Of a stretch of 64,000 nucleotides of DNA, positions 8,877-18,425 are shown piece after piece. The notes beneath the pieces were generated by a model. That model saw nothing but the letters and a program-made list of their open reading frames with translations. It searched no databases and was not told the origin of the DNA. Position numbers and translations under genes: made by a program. Source of the DNA: a virus; IMG/VR virus record IMGVR_UViG_3300043411_002995, positions 1 to 64,000 of that record. One strand, given 5' to 3'. The number at the start of each line of letters is the position of its first letter. Position 1 is the first letter of the stretch.

Positions 8877-9688
8877 TGCTGACCAAGACGATCACCTACT
8901 GCGGGCAGCGGGTCACGGTCGCCTGCGACGGTCAGTGCCACAAGGCGTGGGGCATCAACAGGCGGCCGAGCTACCAGCTGACCGACCACGAAGACGACTA
9001 CGCCTACCCGGCGGACTACGAGCTCGGCTTCGCGCCGGCGGACCCGGGCACCACGGAGGGCGACCAGGCCAAGCCCTGCGCGACGGTGGCGACCGACCCG
9101 GCCATCATGAACAAGTGGTGCGTGCGCGAGTGCGAGCGCTGCTCGATGCACGACCAGGGCGAGCCGGTGACGCTGCGCACGTTCGACAAGCGCCGCTACA
9201 ACATCCCGCGTCGGACTGGGCGCAACCCGGTGCTGATCATCTCGGGCGGGCAGACCGGCGTCGACCGGGCCGCGCTCGACGTCGGGCTCGCGCTGCGCAT
9301 CGGCATCGGCGGCTACGTGCCCAAGGGGCGCCGGGCCGAGGATGGGCCGATCGCCCCCAAGTACCCCCTCAAGGAGCTCGAGACGACCAACTACCTCACG
9401 CGGACCGAGAAAAACATCGACCTGGCCGGGGCCACGGTCATCCTGTCGACGCGCTGGCCGCTGACCGGCGGCACGCTCGCGACCCGGCGCTACGCCGAGC
9501 GGCCGATCGCCGAGGGTGGCAAGGGTCTCGACACGGTCTTCGTCTGCAACCCGGCGGCGACCGACCCGATCGAGCTGGCCCGGTTCGTCGAGCGCTACCC
9601 CATCGTCAACATCGCCGGCCCGCGCGAGAGCAAGTGCCCCGGCATCTACCAGGTCACCAAGACCTTCCTCTTGGAGGTGTTCCGATGA
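8876..9688 (+). CDS. Cys-rich N-terminal domain fused to a SLOG-superfamily putative molybdenum carrier domain
   Basis: IISGGQTGVDRAALD, GGYVPKGRRAEDG, RTEKN, GGT and VNIAGPRES are hallmark motifs of the MoCo_carrier family. Confidence 0.8.
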   Translation: MLTKTITYCGQRVTVACDGQCHKAWGINRRPSYQLTDHEDDYAYPADYELGFAPADPGTTEGDQAKPCATVATDPAIMNKWCVRECERCSMHDQGEPVTLRTFDKRRYNIPRRTGRNPVLIISGGQTGVDRAALDVGLALRIGIGGYVPKGRRAEDGPIAPKYPLKELETTNYLTRTEKNIDLAGATVILSTRWPLTGGTLATRRYAERPIAEGGKGLDTVFVCNPAATDPIELARFVERYPIVNIAGPRESKCPGIYQVTKTFLLEVFR

Positions 9689-9996
9689 CGAAGCACGTCT
9701 CGCCCTCGATGTTCCTGGGCATGATCCTCACCCAGCCGATGACCCCCGACAACCAGCTGCTCGTCGCCAAGCTCTGGGTGGCCTGGCTGCAGCTGTGGCT
9801 CAAGGAGAACCACTGCTACGACGTCGAGGTGTCGGCCGACGAGAACGATCCGTTGCTGGTGGTGGCGAAGTTCCGGGTGCAGGGGATGCCGAACACGGAC
9901 TCGATGATCGACGTGCCGGTGCCCGACGACCTGCCCTACCAGCTGACGGTCATCAGCAAGACGCGTACGGGCTGCGGCGAGAAGGAGCCGCGGTAG
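9685..9996 (+). CDS. Hypothetical protein
   Basis: GGAGG RBS, ATGA overlap. Confidence 0.65.
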   Translation: MTKHVSPSMFLGMILTQPMTPDNQLLVAKLWVAWLQLWLKENHCYDVEVSADENDPLLVVAKFRVQGMPNTDSMIDVPVPDDLPYQLTVISKTRTGCGEKEPR

Positions 9997-10380
9997 ATGG
10001 CGCGGCTCAAGAAGAGCCACGGCGTCACCGTCCTCTACCGCACCACCAACAAGTGGAACGTGTTCGACGAGCACATCACGCCCCAGGAGATCGAGAGCGT
10101 GGTGCGCAGCTGCAAGCTGGCGACGATGTCGCCCTGGGTGTGGTGGGGCGCGCCGGCGATCGCCGACTGGCTGGTGGCGAACCCGACCACCAAGGAGGAG
10201 GAGATGCCGGTGCGGGTGCGCCGCGCCGCGCTCAAGCAGGTCCAGGTGGAGGAGGAGCTCCTCAAGCGGGGCATGGACTTCGTGCGGGCGATGGTGATCA
10301 CGTTGGAGCAGTCGATCCGCCCGACCCAGCGCGAGGTGCGCAAGGCGCAGAAGGCCGCGGCGAGCCGGAGGAAGCGCTGA
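9997..10380 (+). CDS. Hypothetical protein
   Basis: Abuts upstream stop; codon bias. Confidence 0.65.
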   Translation: MARLKKSHGVTVLYRTTNKWNVFDEHITPQEIESVVRSCKLATMSPWVWWGAPAIADWLVANPTTKEEEMPVRVRRAALKQVQVEEELLKRGMDFVRAMVITLEQSIRPTQREVRKAQKAAASRRKR

Positions 10381-10652
10381 TGGCCCACAAGCTGACCCGC
10401 CTGGCGTTCCGCCAGCTGATCAACGAGGACATCGCCTGGCTCGAGCAGCAGCCGCGCACGCTCGAGCGCGACCACATCCTCATGGCGCTCAAGGAGAGCG
10501 AGCGCTTCCACTACGACCTGCCCGACCTCCTGCAGCGCATCGTCGCCGAAGACGACGCGCTGACCACGGCGGGGAAGGAGGGGCTGAGCGACGTCCTGGC
10601 CGACGAGGTCTTCGGCTGGGTCGACCAGCTCGAGGGTCCCCATGGCGACTGA
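10380..10652 (+). CDS. Hypothetical protein
   Basis: TGATG overlap. Confidence 0.65.
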   Translation: MAHKLTRLAFRQLINEDIAWLEQQPRTLERDHILMALKESERFHYDLPDLLQRIVAEDDALTTAGKEGLSDVLADEVFGWVDQLEGPHGD

Positions 10653-11787
10653 TCCGCCCCCACCGCCGTCCAAGAAGCCGTCCTGGCAGGATCGCATCAA
10701 CCCGATGCTGAACAGGGTGCAGCCGGTCACCCGGGTCGTCGAGAACGTCGCCCGGCTGGCGGTGCACCTCCAGAAGCCGACGGTCCTCGGCATCGTCGGC
10801 ATGGCGTCGGCGGGGACCAACGCGCTGCGCGACCTGCTGGGCAACAACCCGACGGCGGGCCACGACCTCGACGTCTTCTGCTCGCGGGGCTACCTGCTCG
10901 AGGCCTTCAAGAAGGCCGGCGCCCAGGTGCGCTCGGCCGACCCGCGCGCGCCTGGCTGCCTCGACATCATCATGCACAACCACACCTTCCGCATCCGGGC
11001 GGACGGGAGCCTCTACAGCGACACGGAGTTCGAGCAGCCGTGGATCGAGTGGCTGCGGCAGATGCTGGATCGCGAGCTTCCGCACGCGATCGAGATCCGT
11101 CCGGGGCACGGGCACGAGCAGTACCAGTCGGTGGCGACGTCGCTGACGTCGCTGCGCTCGGCGCAGGGGCAGGAGATCTGGCAGGCGACCCAGCCGCTGC
11201 TCGGGAGCGGCCGGGTGATCTTGCTCACCGGCAAGCCCGGGATGGGCAAGACGACGATGGCGCAGGAGATCGCGCGCCTGGCCGAGCTCGGCCGGGTGGT
11301 GCAGCTGCAGAGCGACATCGTCGGGGCGCCGCGCGATGACGGCGGCGGCCACAAGAACGCGACGCCGCAGTCGACCAGCCGGAGCGGCGGGTTCGAGGAG
11401 GGCCTGGCGATGCTGTCGCCGGGGGTGGTGATCGTCGACGACATCGACAAGATCTACCTGTCGCTGAGCCGCATCGAGCAGATCCGCAAGGCGGCCAAGC
11501 TGGTGATCTTCACCGCGAACAACGGCGACCAGGACGAGGTCCTGGACAACGCGACGATGCGCCCGGCGCGGATCGACGAGGTGTTCGAGGTGAAGGGGGG
11601 CTACACGACGCGGCGCGCGCCGTTCGACCAGCTCACGGACGAGGAGTGGGAGGAGGCGCGCGAGTGGCCCGTGGCCTTCCTCAACGAGCTCGAGGAGCGG
11701 TGCTCCTCGCGTCCGGGCAATCTCCGCTTCGATGACCTGAAGAAGCGGGTGGGGCTGCGCACGCGCAGCGCGCGCGGGATCTACTGA
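10642..11787 (+). CDS. AAA+ ATPase (classical clade, BCS1-like architecture)
   Basis: Walker A GKPGMGKT, Walker B VIVDDID, sensor TAN, second region of homology LDNATMRPARID. Confidence 0.8.
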   Translation: MATDPPPPPSKKPSWQDRINPMLNRVQPVTRVVENVARLAVHLQKPTVLGIVGMASAGTNALRDLLGNNPTAGHDLDVFCSRGYLLEAFKKAGAQVRSADPRAPGCLDIIMHNHTFRIRADGSLYSDTEFEQPWIEWLRQMLDRELPHAIEIRPGHGHEQYQSVATSLTSLRSAQGQEIWQATQPLLGSGRVILLTGKPGMGKTTMAQEIARLAELGRVVQLQSDIVGAPRDDGGGHKNATPQSTSRSGGFEEGLAMLSPGVVIVDDIDKIYLSLSRIEQIRKAAKLVIFTANNGDQDEVLDNATMRPARIDEVFEVKGGYTTRRAPFDQLTDEEWEEAREWPVAFLNELEERCSSRPGNLRFDDLKKRVGLRTRSARGIY

Positions 11788-12062
11788 TGGCGTGCACGCG
11801 GACCCCCATCCCGTTCGGCGTGGTGTGGACCTGCACGCGCGGGTTCGACGACCGGGTCGAGTGCAAGTTCTGCAAGACCCGGGTGCGGGATCACGTGCTG
11901 TGCGACTGGAAGCTCAAGGGGGAGAAGGCCGGGCAGACCTGCGACGCGGTGATGTGCCGGCGCTGCGCCACGAAGGTCGGCGAGGACAAGGACCTGTGCC
12001 CGCCGCATGCGCGGCTGTGGGACAAGGACCCGCGCAACCCCAAGAACAAGGCGCCGCCATGA
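11787..12062 (+). CDS. Zinc-finger protein
   Basis: CKFC, LCD, TCDAVMCRRC, DLCPPH. Confidence 0.7.
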   Translation: MACTRTPIPFGVVWTCTRGFDDRVECKFCKTRVRDHVLCDWKLKGEKAGQTCDAVMCRRCATKVGEDKDLCPPHARLWDKDPRNPKNKAPP

Positions 12063-12223
12063 AGGGCAAGACCAAGAAGCGCGTGACGATCAAGGCGCTG
12101 GCGCAGCAGCGGTGCGACGCCGCGCGCCGGCGCAGCCCGCACCTGATCTTCTTCCTCAAGGCCAACGATCCGCCGTGCAAGTCGTGCATCGACTGGGCGC
12201 GCGCCAAGCTCAAGGGGGCGTGA
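12059..12223 (+). CDS. Small basic Cys/His protein
   Basis: ATGA overlap; C...H...CxxC. Confidence 0.5.
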   Translation: MKGKTKKRVTIKALAQQRCDAARRRSPHLIFFLKANDPPCKSCIDWARAKLKGA

Positions 12224-12552
12224 TGGCCAAGAAGGACAGGGACCTGCCCGAGTTGCCCGCCGGCGCCGAGGTCGTGATGGTGCTGACCGAGGTGAGCGGC
12301 ACCCGATCGAGGTCGGGGGATCGGCGCACGGTGATCGGCGTCGGCCGCGGCCACGTGGTGGCGCGCGTGCCGGCGAAGGACACGCGCGAGGACCTGATCT
12401 ACCGGGTCAAGCTCGAGCGGGCGAACCCGACCCACATGATCGGGAGGGAGGTCGAGCTGCCGCGGGGGTGGCTCTACGCGATCGACCTGCGCGAGGAGCG
12501 GCGCGCGTTCGAGGAGGCCGTGCGGATGTTCTGGCGAAAGGACCGAGGCTGA
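12223..12552 (+). CDS. Hypothetical protein
   Basis: TGATG overlap. Confidence 0.65.
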   Translation: MAKKDRDLPELPAGAEVVMVLTEVSGTRSRSGDRRTVIGVGRGHVVARVPAKDTREDLIYRVKLERANPTHMIGREVELPRGWLYAIDLREERRAFEEAVRMFWRKDRG

Positions 12553-12839
12553 TGGCGCACCTGCATCGATGCGCGTGTGGTCGACAGTTCCGCTGCGAGG
12601 GCGTCGACCACCCGAAGCCGGCCTGGTACTGGTGCGACTTCCAGTGCCCGGATCGGACGCTCCACGGCTTCGGCCTGTACCACACGATGGACGCCGAGTT
12701 CCTGCGGTTCTGCGACGTGATGGCGAACTTCAAGGACCCCGACCAGGTCGTCGAGCCGGCGCCGAGCCGGGCGCAGCGGCGGCGGGAGCTGAGGTGCCGA
12801 TCGCGGGCACAAGGGCAGCGAGAACACGGAGGTAGCTGA
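12552..12839 (+). CDS. Hypothetical Cys-rich protein
   Basis: TGATG overlap; HxHxCxCG motif. Confidence 0.6.
   Translation: MAHLHRCACGRQFRCEGVDHPKPAWYWCDFQCPDRTLHGFGLYHTMDAEFLRFCDVMANFKDPDQVVEPAPSRAQRRRELRCRSRAQGQREHGGS
12805..12813 (+). promoter_or_regulatory. GGGCAYAAG motif, copy 2
   Basis: 25 nt upstream of ATG 12839. Confidence 0.4.
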
Positions 12840-13126
12840 TGCCACTGCTGGAGATGCCGGACCCTCGGGTCCACCTGCGCTGCGGGGCCTGCAAGGCCCC
12901 CTACATCGCGCGCCTGGCCCACGTCCTCAAGGAGGGCGGCTGGGTCTACGAGTGGGTGTTCGTGCCCGACAAGCCGGCGTGCCGTCACAAGACGGGCAGC
13001 GCCGAGCTGGTCGACGAGCGGACGCCGAAGGAGAAGAAGGCGACCAAGATCACCTGGAACGTCGAGCTCGAGGCGCGGAAGCTCGGGGTGGCGGTGGCCA
13101 AGACCGAGAAGCGAGGCGGACGATGA
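12839..13126 (+). CDS. Hypothetical protein (CxxC)
   Basis: GGAGG RBS. Confidence 0.65.
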   Translation: MPLLEMPDPRVHLRCGACKAPYIARLAHVLKEGGWVYEWVFVPDKPACRHKTGSAELVDERTPKEKKATKITWNVELEARKLGVAVAKTEKRGGR

Positions 13127-13419
13127 ACAAGCACGAGCGGGAGGATGACATCCAGCTGATCGGGTGCCTGCGGACGAGCCGCCCGGGGACGGTGGTGGTG
13201 GTGGGGGCGACGCGCGACACCTGTCAGCGGTGCGGGGCCGAGATCTGGGTGTCGGGGTCGTCGCGGGAGATCGCCGCGCGGGGCGCGGTGCTCGCGTGCC
13301 TGGAGTGCTGCGTGCCGGAGATCCACCCGGACTCGCCGGACCGGATGGAGATCGCCCCGATGAACGAGGCGCAGGCCTACGAGATCCTGGCGACGCTGGG
13401 TCCCAAGGAGCAGAACTGA
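13123..13419 (+). CDS. Zinc-ribbon protein
   Basis: CQRCG...CLECC. Confidence 0.65.
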   Translation: MNKHEREDDIQLIGCLRTSRPGTVVVVGATRDTCQRCGAEIWVSGSSREIAARGAVLACLECCVPEIHPDSPDRMEIAPMNEAQAYEILATLGPKEQN

Positions 13420-13745
13420 TGGCGATGGAGCCCCCCTACCTGCCCCTCGAGGTCTCGGACGTGGACATGGCGTTCCCGACGGACGGCTACACGCGGCTGC
13501 CGCCGCCGAACGTGTTCAAGACCGTTGACCGTCGCTACGTCGCCTTCGTCGACGAGTGGTTCTACAGGGGCATCAAGTCGGGGATCGCCCAGCTGGTCCC
13601 CAAGGAGGGCATCGACCCGGTGAAGGCGATCCGCCACCTGAAGTCGGTGATGGGCACCTGGGACACCAAGCACGAGCACAAGATCGCCGGCGTCGCGTTC
13701 CTGATGCAGACGTGGTTCGACTGGAAGGAGGACGGCGATGGCTAG
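13419..13745 (+). CDS. Hypothetical phage protein
   Basis: AAGGAG RBS; globular composition (WFYRG...KHEHKIAGVAFL). Confidence 0.7.
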   Translation: MAMEPPYLPLEVSDVDMAFPTDGYTRLPPPNVFKTVDRRYVAFVDEWFYRGIKSGIAQLVPKEGIDPVKAIRHLKSVMGTWDTKHEHKIAGVAFLMQTWFDWKEDGDG

Positions 13746-14199
13746 CGGCATGCGCACGTGCCGGGTCTGTGGGTGCACGGACGAGGACTGCTCGGTCTGC
13801 ATCCAGCGGACGGGCTTCGCCTGCAGCTGGGTGGAGTACGACCTGTGCTCGGCGTGCCTGACCGCGGCGGAAGACAGGCCCCCGACGTCGCTGTTCGCCG
13901 ACCTGAGCGACCAGGTCTCCGGCAACGACTTCCTGCACGGACTGGCCGACCTGTCGGGCGACCCCAGGCTCAAGAAGCTCGCCGCCGAGGGCGGCGTGGC
14001 CTGGGTGACCGGGCTCCGCATCGAAGGCGAAGGTATCGAACCGGTCGAGTTCAAGAGAGAGATCCTCGGCCGGTTCGTCGATCTGGACGAGTGCCCTCGG
14101 TGCGGCAAGAAGACGTACCACCATCCACCGAGCAACCGGCGCGCGTGCCAGGACCCGGCGTGCAACTGGCAGAGCAAGGGTCGTGATGAAGCCCGCTGA
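13738..14199 (+). CDS. Protein with two zinc-finger-like motifs
   Basis: CRVCGCT..DC...CSW...DLCSAC; CPRCG...C...C. Confidence 0.7.
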   Translation: MASGMRTCRVCGCTDEDCSVCIQRTGFACSWVEYDLCSACLTAAEDRPPTSLFADLSDQVSGNDFLHGLADLSGDPRLKKLAAEGGVAWVTGLRIEGEGIEPVEFKREILGRFVDLDECPRCGKKTYHHPPSNRRACQDPACNWQSKGRDEAR

Positions 14200-14488
14200 G
14201 CCGAAGGTCCCGGAGTGGAACCCGCGCTATGTCGCGTACGCGGCTGCGCACAACAAGACCCCGGAGGCGATGATCGAACACGACAAGGAGGCGTGGCCCG
14301 GCGGCAAGATGACCGGCTACATCCTCTGGAGCAACGCGCACTGGTCGCGGTGGTTCGTGGAGTGCAAGGGGCGCAAGCGCGCCGAGCCGGCCTCGTCGAG
14401 CTACCCCGACTACATCTCGGAGCGCGACCAGAAGCACTTCACGGCCTGGCTGCAGCAGCAGTACCCGGCCCCCCAGGAGACCTCGTGA
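14183..14488 (+). CDS. Hypothetical protein
   Basis: WNPRYVAYA motif; codon bias. Confidence 0.65.
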   Translation: MMKPAEPKVPEWNPRYVAYAAAHNKTPEAMIEHDKEAWPGGKMTGYILWSNAHWSRWFVECKGRKRAEPASSSYPDYISERDQKHFTAWLQQQYPAPQETS

Positions 14489-14820
14489 GCGGCACCAAGG
14501 CTTCGAACCAGCAGCGGACGACCAAGCGCGCGATGGATCTGATCGCGAAGCAGAAGATGGAGGTGCAGGGACACCCGTCGATGTACCAGACGGGGTGGAA
14601 CGCGGCGCTGGCCACGGTGTGGGCGGCGCTGGAGCGGGGCGATCACCTGCACCCGCCGAAGGCAGAGCCGCCGGGGTTGGCGCGGCCCCAGGAGGTGTCC
14701 GCGCAGTGCGGGGCGCGGGACGCGGACGGGCCGCCCTGCATCCACCCGAAGGGGCACGTGGAGGCGGGTCAGCCGCTGCACAACAACGGGAGGCGCACGT
14801 GGCGGACGCCGCGGACGTGA
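14485..14820 (+). CDS. Hypothetical protein
   Basis: GTGA overlap; AGGAG RBS. Confidence 0.6.
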   Translation: MSGTKASNQQRTTKRAMDLIAKQKMEVQGHPSMYQTGWNAALATVWAALERGDHLHPPKAEPPGLARPQEVSAQCGARDADGPPCIHPKGHVEAGQPLHNNGRRTWRTPRT

Positions 14821-15251
14821 GCCTGCATCGCAGGGCGGCCGAGTGGATCGCTCGGTTCATCCAAGAGCACCCGCAGACGCCGGAGGTCGAGGCGGAGGCG
14901 GCCCAGTTGATCGCCGATCTCAAGGGGCGCGACAAGGAGGACGCCGAGCGCCACGCCTACTGGTTCGACGACTACCCGCTCGAGTTGCTCGACGGGGAGA
15001 TCGAGGAGCTCGGAGGGCTTCCCCAGAACCACCCGACCCGGCGGCTGAAGGTGGAGTTCATCACCAGGTACCGCAAGGCCCGCGGGATCTTGCGCGGCCT
15101 CGCGCCCCGCTGTGACTGGTTCGGCTACGATGGCGAGCAGGCGCAGTGCCCGGCGCTGGGAACGAAGACGATCGACGGGCGCCATGTCTGCCCCGAGCAC
15201 TTCGAGGTCGTGGAGGCCCGGGACGCGTGGAAGCGGACCCACACCTACTGA
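14817..15251 (+). CDS. Hypothetical protein with C-terminal Cys/His motif
   Basis: GTGA overlap; C...C...CPEH. Confidence 0.6.
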   Translation: MSLHRRAAEWIARFIQEHPQTPEVEAEAAQLIADLKGRDKEDAERHAYWFDDYPLELLDGEIEELGGLPQNHPTRRLKVEFITRYRKARGILRGLAPRCDWFGYDGEQAQCPALGTKTIDGRHVCPEHFEVVEARDAWKRTHTY

Positions 15252-15262
15252 CGGAGCGCGCG

Positions 15263-15616
15263 ATGCCGGATCGGGAGTGCGACGTGAAGTTCGAGGACCT
15301 CGAGGAGATGGTGCCCAAGGAGCGCCAGCTCGAGCTCGACGACACCAAGGACGCTGGTCCGCTCGCGCTCGACACGACGATGGACGCCGGCGTCGAGGAT
15401 GCCGGCCGGTACGCGGAGGTGGTGCGCGCCCGGCTCGCGACGTTCACGGTGGCGGCGGTGCTGGCCAAGGATCTCTACCTGGCCTACTGCGCGTCGAGCG
15501 ACTGGAAGAACTTCCAGGGCGAGCCCTGCCCGCCCTGGGACGATCTGCCAGAGACCGTGCGCACGCACTGGGGCGCGGTCGCCACCTTCGTGCTGCGCAA
15601 GTTCCGGCGCGTCTGA
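15263..15616 (+). CDS. Hypothetical protein
   Basis: GGAG RBS; PPWDDLPE..RTHW motif. Confidence 0.65.
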   Translation: MPDRECDVKFEDLEEMVPKERQLELDDTKDAGPLALDTTMDAGVEDAGRYAEVVRARLATFTVAAVLAKDLYLAYCASSDWKNFQGEPCPPWDDLPETVRTHWGAVATFVLRKFRRV

Positions 15617-15672
15617 TCGCCCGGCAACGACAAGATCACTCCCGCGGCCTGAGCGGCCGAGGAAGGACAACG

Positions 15673-16041
15673 ATGGCGAAGAAGAAAGCGGTGCGAGAGC
15701 GCTGGTCGGTCTGCATCGACCGCCTGCACAAGGTCGTGGTGGCCGAGGACGGCAAGCTCGCCTACAGCCACGACCGCCAGGAGGCCGAGAAGATCGCGCG
15801 CGGCGTCGGCGGCCGCGTCGTCGACACTGCGGCGTGGGCGAAGCGGCCGCGGTTCCTCAACCAGGCCGAGCTCTACCAGATCTACGGCGGCACGGCGATC
15901 GAGCTCGGGCTGAGCCGGTCCGGGTCGGACCCGATCAAGGAGGTGCGCATCACGAAGATCTCGTTCAAGTCTGGGCTGGGTCGCCGGGGCAAGCGCCTGC
16001 GCCCGGCGACGATCAACCTGGTGATCGAGTACGACACCTGA
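15673..16041 (+). CDS. Hypothetical protein
   Basis: GAAGGA RBS. Confidence 0.7.
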   Translation: MAKKKAVRERWSVCIDRLHKVVVAEDGKLAYSHDRQEAEKIARGVGGRVVDTAAWAKRPRFLNQAELYQIYGGTAIELGLSRSGSDPIKEVRITKISFKSGLGRRGKRLRPATINLVIEYDT

Positions 16042-16050
16042 AGGAGCACG

Positions 16051-16230
16051 ATGGGCTACAAGGTGACGATCACCTACGAGATCGAAGTGACGTCGTTCGG
16101 CAAGGAGCAGGACATGAAGCTGGTGGAGAAGGATCTGCAGGCGCGGGCGGAGACGTCGGTGGGGTACGGGCTGCCCCACTTCTGGCGGGTGCGGGCGGGG
16201 TCGGTGAAGGTGAAGGCGCGCAAGTCGTGA
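16051..16230 (+). CDS. Small hypothetical protein (59 aa, absent from ORF track)
   Basis: AAGGAG RBS; MGYKVTITYEIEV...KARKS. Confidence 0.6.
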   Translation: MGYKVTITYEIEVTSFGKEQDMKLVEKDLQARAETSVGYGLPHFWRVRAGSVKVKARKS

Positions 16231-16247
16231 AGGGGATGGAGGATGTG

Positions 16248-16442
16248 ATGGCGAAGATCGACGAGCCGTACCTGGTGGAGCTGTGGCACCTGTCGCGCTC
16301 GGCGGGCGTCTCGGGGCTGCACGCCCGGCGGGTGTGGTGTGCGGCGACGTACGAGAAGCAGCGGCCCGGGTTCACGTCGACGGGCGTGTACAAGGCGATG
16401 GTGCGGCTGGGCATCGGCGAGCTGCTGGGGGCGCCGCTGTGA
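16248..16442 (+). CDS. Hypothetical protein
   Basis: GGAGG RBS. Confidence 0.6.
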   Translation: MAKIDEPYLVELWHLSRSAGVSGLHARRVWCAATYEKQRPGFTSTGVYKAMVRLGIGELLGAPL

Positions 16443-16825
16443 CGCTGGATCTTGCCTGCGGGGTCCACAACCTGCCGCTCGACCAGTGCCCGTGCCCCAA
16501 GGGCGACGGCGCCTGGCTCGGCTACCGCGCGCTGTGGGTGGCCGAGCGCCGCAAGGCGGCGCAGCTCAGCGCGCCGGCGGTGCTGCCGGAGGAGCCGGTC
16601 GCGCCTCCGGAGGAGCGCCCCCGGGTGGTGCTGGGGGAGGAGTACATCGACCTCTTCGAGCAGCTGGACATCGACGACTTCGACCTGGTGATGCGGGCGC
16701 TCGAGGGGGTGGTGGAGCAGTCGGCGAGCCTGGCGCTCGACGATCCCGACGACCGCGCGGTGCTCATCGCCCGGCTGCGGAAGTCGGTGGGCTGCGTCGT
16801 CGAGCGGGAGGAGCTGCGGCTGTAG
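16439..16825 (+). CDS. Hypothetical protein
   Basis: GTGA overlap; acidic helical C-terminus. Confidence 0.55.
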   Translation: MTLDLACGVHNLPLDQCPCPKGDGAWLGYRALWVAERRKAAQLSAPAVLPEEPVAPPEERPRVVLGEEYIDLFEQLDIDDFDLVMRALEGVVEQSASLALDDPDDRAVLIARLRKSVGCVVEREELRL

Positions 16826-16873
16826 TCGCCGCTGGTCGCGGGCCAGCGAGCGTGTGCTGATTCCGTCGCCCAC

Positions 16874-17302
16874 GTGGGCGACCTCAACAAGGAGACGACG
16901 ATGGGACTGATCAAGGACGAGAGCGGGCGCGACATCGAGGCCGAGGAGAAGCAGCTGGGGGACACCCCGGCGAGCAACGGGCACAACCACGGCATGGAGA
17001 AGCGCGACGTGCGCGGCCTGCCGACGGGGACGATCATCTACAACCTCATCCGGGTGACCGGCGAGGAGGTGGGGCTCGAGAACTTCATCCACCACGCGGA
17101 GGTGCAGAAGGCGATGCAGAAGATGGTCGTCGACCCGCCGCAGCTGGCGGCGGCCAAGCAGGCCTACCAGTCGATGGTGCAGGGCCGCTTCGTGTTCGCC
17201 AACGAGCTCAACGAGCGGTTCAAGGCGATCGACCAGGCGCGCTGCGACGAGCTCGGCATCCAGATGTTCGTGCCGAAGGGCGACGCTCCCGAGGAGGGCT
17301 GA
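16874..17302 (+). CDS. Hypothetical protein
   Basis: Codon bias; alternative ATG at 16901 with AAGGAG RBS. Confidence 0.65.
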   Translation: MGDLNKETTMGLIKDESGRDIEAEEKQLGDTPASNGHNHGMEKRDVRGLPTGTIIYNLIRVTGEEVGLENFIHHAEVQKAMQKMVVDPPQLAAAKQAYQSMVQGRFVFANELNERFKAIDQARCDELGIQMFVPKGDAPEEG

Positions 17303-17303
17303 C

Positions 17304-17789
17304 ATGGTGATGCGTCCGTACCGGCGGGTGATCAAGGCCACGAAGGAGGAGCACGGCCACAAGCCCGACTGCGTGTTCGTGGACAACCACGGTCCGTCGT
17401 GCGTCTGCGACGGGTCGATCGCCGAGGGCGACGTCGGCAACCTGGTGCGCAAGCGGCTCATCGGCTCGATGGAGCTGACGGGCTGGACGCTCGAGAGCCA
17501 GGGGGAGTGGCTGTCGTTCACGCGGAGATTCGGGGAGCACGTCATCACGATCGCGCGCGTCCACAGCGGCTGGTCGTGCGTGTGGATGCGCGGGATGGGG
17601 TGGACGATCTCCGAGTCGCGTGGGTTCGGTTCGCTGGCGGCGTGCGTGACGGACCTATGGGAGCACATCATCAGCTACCAGGACACGGCGGACGAGATGA
17701 TCGCCGAGACGATGCAGCTGCGGATCGCGGCCGCGAAGGCCTCGCCGACGCCGCTGACCTCGGTGCCGCTGCCCGAGGACGAGGAGTAG
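17304..17789 (+). CDS. Hypothetical protein
   Basis: GGAGG RBS; H..DC...CVCDG. Confidence 0.65.
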   Translation: MVMRPYRRVIKATKEEHGHKPDCVFVDNHGPSCVCDGSIAEGDVGNLVRKRLIGSMELTGWTLESQGEWLSFTRRFGEHVITIARVHSGWSCVWMRGMGWTISESRGFGSLAACVTDLWEHIISYQDTADEMIAETMQLRIAAAKASPTPLTSVPLPEDEE

Positions 17790-17792
17790 GTC

Positions 17793-18425
17793 GTGCCGCG
17801 GGCGAAGCCGGTGCGGCCGGCGCTGCGCACGACGCTGGTGAAGGCGGAGGTCTACGAGGTCCGCACGATCAAGCTGCTCTTCGAGCGGGGCTGGGCGGTG
17901 TTCCACGTCGACGAGAATCTGGGGTCGCTGTCCGTCGAGTCCGACTGGGGCAACTACGCCTACCAGTGGGGACACGGCGGTCGCAACGGCCGCACGCTGC
18001 TCGCCTTCCTGGGCACGGCGAGCGAGGGCTACATCGCGCAGAAGCTGCTGTCGGGCCGGCGTGGGGAGATCGTCAACGGGGACGCGACGCGGCGCGCGCT
18101 GCAGAAGGCGGCGCGCGCGATGTTCAAGGCCGGGCGGGTGCGCCTCGTGCTCGACGCGTACCACGGGGAGAGCGCGTTCGATCTGTTCCGCTCCCTGACG
18201 GGCGAGATCCGAGAGTACTGCTCGACCGTGGACGGGATGAGCGCCAACTGCGACCTCTACGTGCACGCCGGCGAGCTGGTGAAGAAGGCGTTCGACCCGC
18301 TGCACGAGCTCCTCGAGTTCGAGCTGCCGGGCTGGCACCAGTTCCTCGGCGACGAACTCATCCCGGCGTTCCAGGCCTACCTGCGAGGAGAGATCGATGG
18401 ACACCTACCTCCGATGGCTGGCTGA
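17793..18425 (+). CDS. Hypothetical phage protein
   Basis: GSLSVESDWGNYAYQW motif; GAGGAG RBS. Confidence 0.7.
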   Translation: MPRAKPVRPALRTTLVKAEVYEVRTIKLLFERGWAVFHVDENLGSLSVESDWGNYAYQWGHGGRNGRTLLAFLGTASEGYIAQKLLSGRRGEIVNGDATRRALQKAARAMFKAGRVRLVLDAYHGESAFDLFRSLTGEIREYCSTVDGMSANCDLYVHAGELVKKAFDPLHELLEFELPGWHQFLGDELIPAFQAYLRGEIDGHLPPMAG

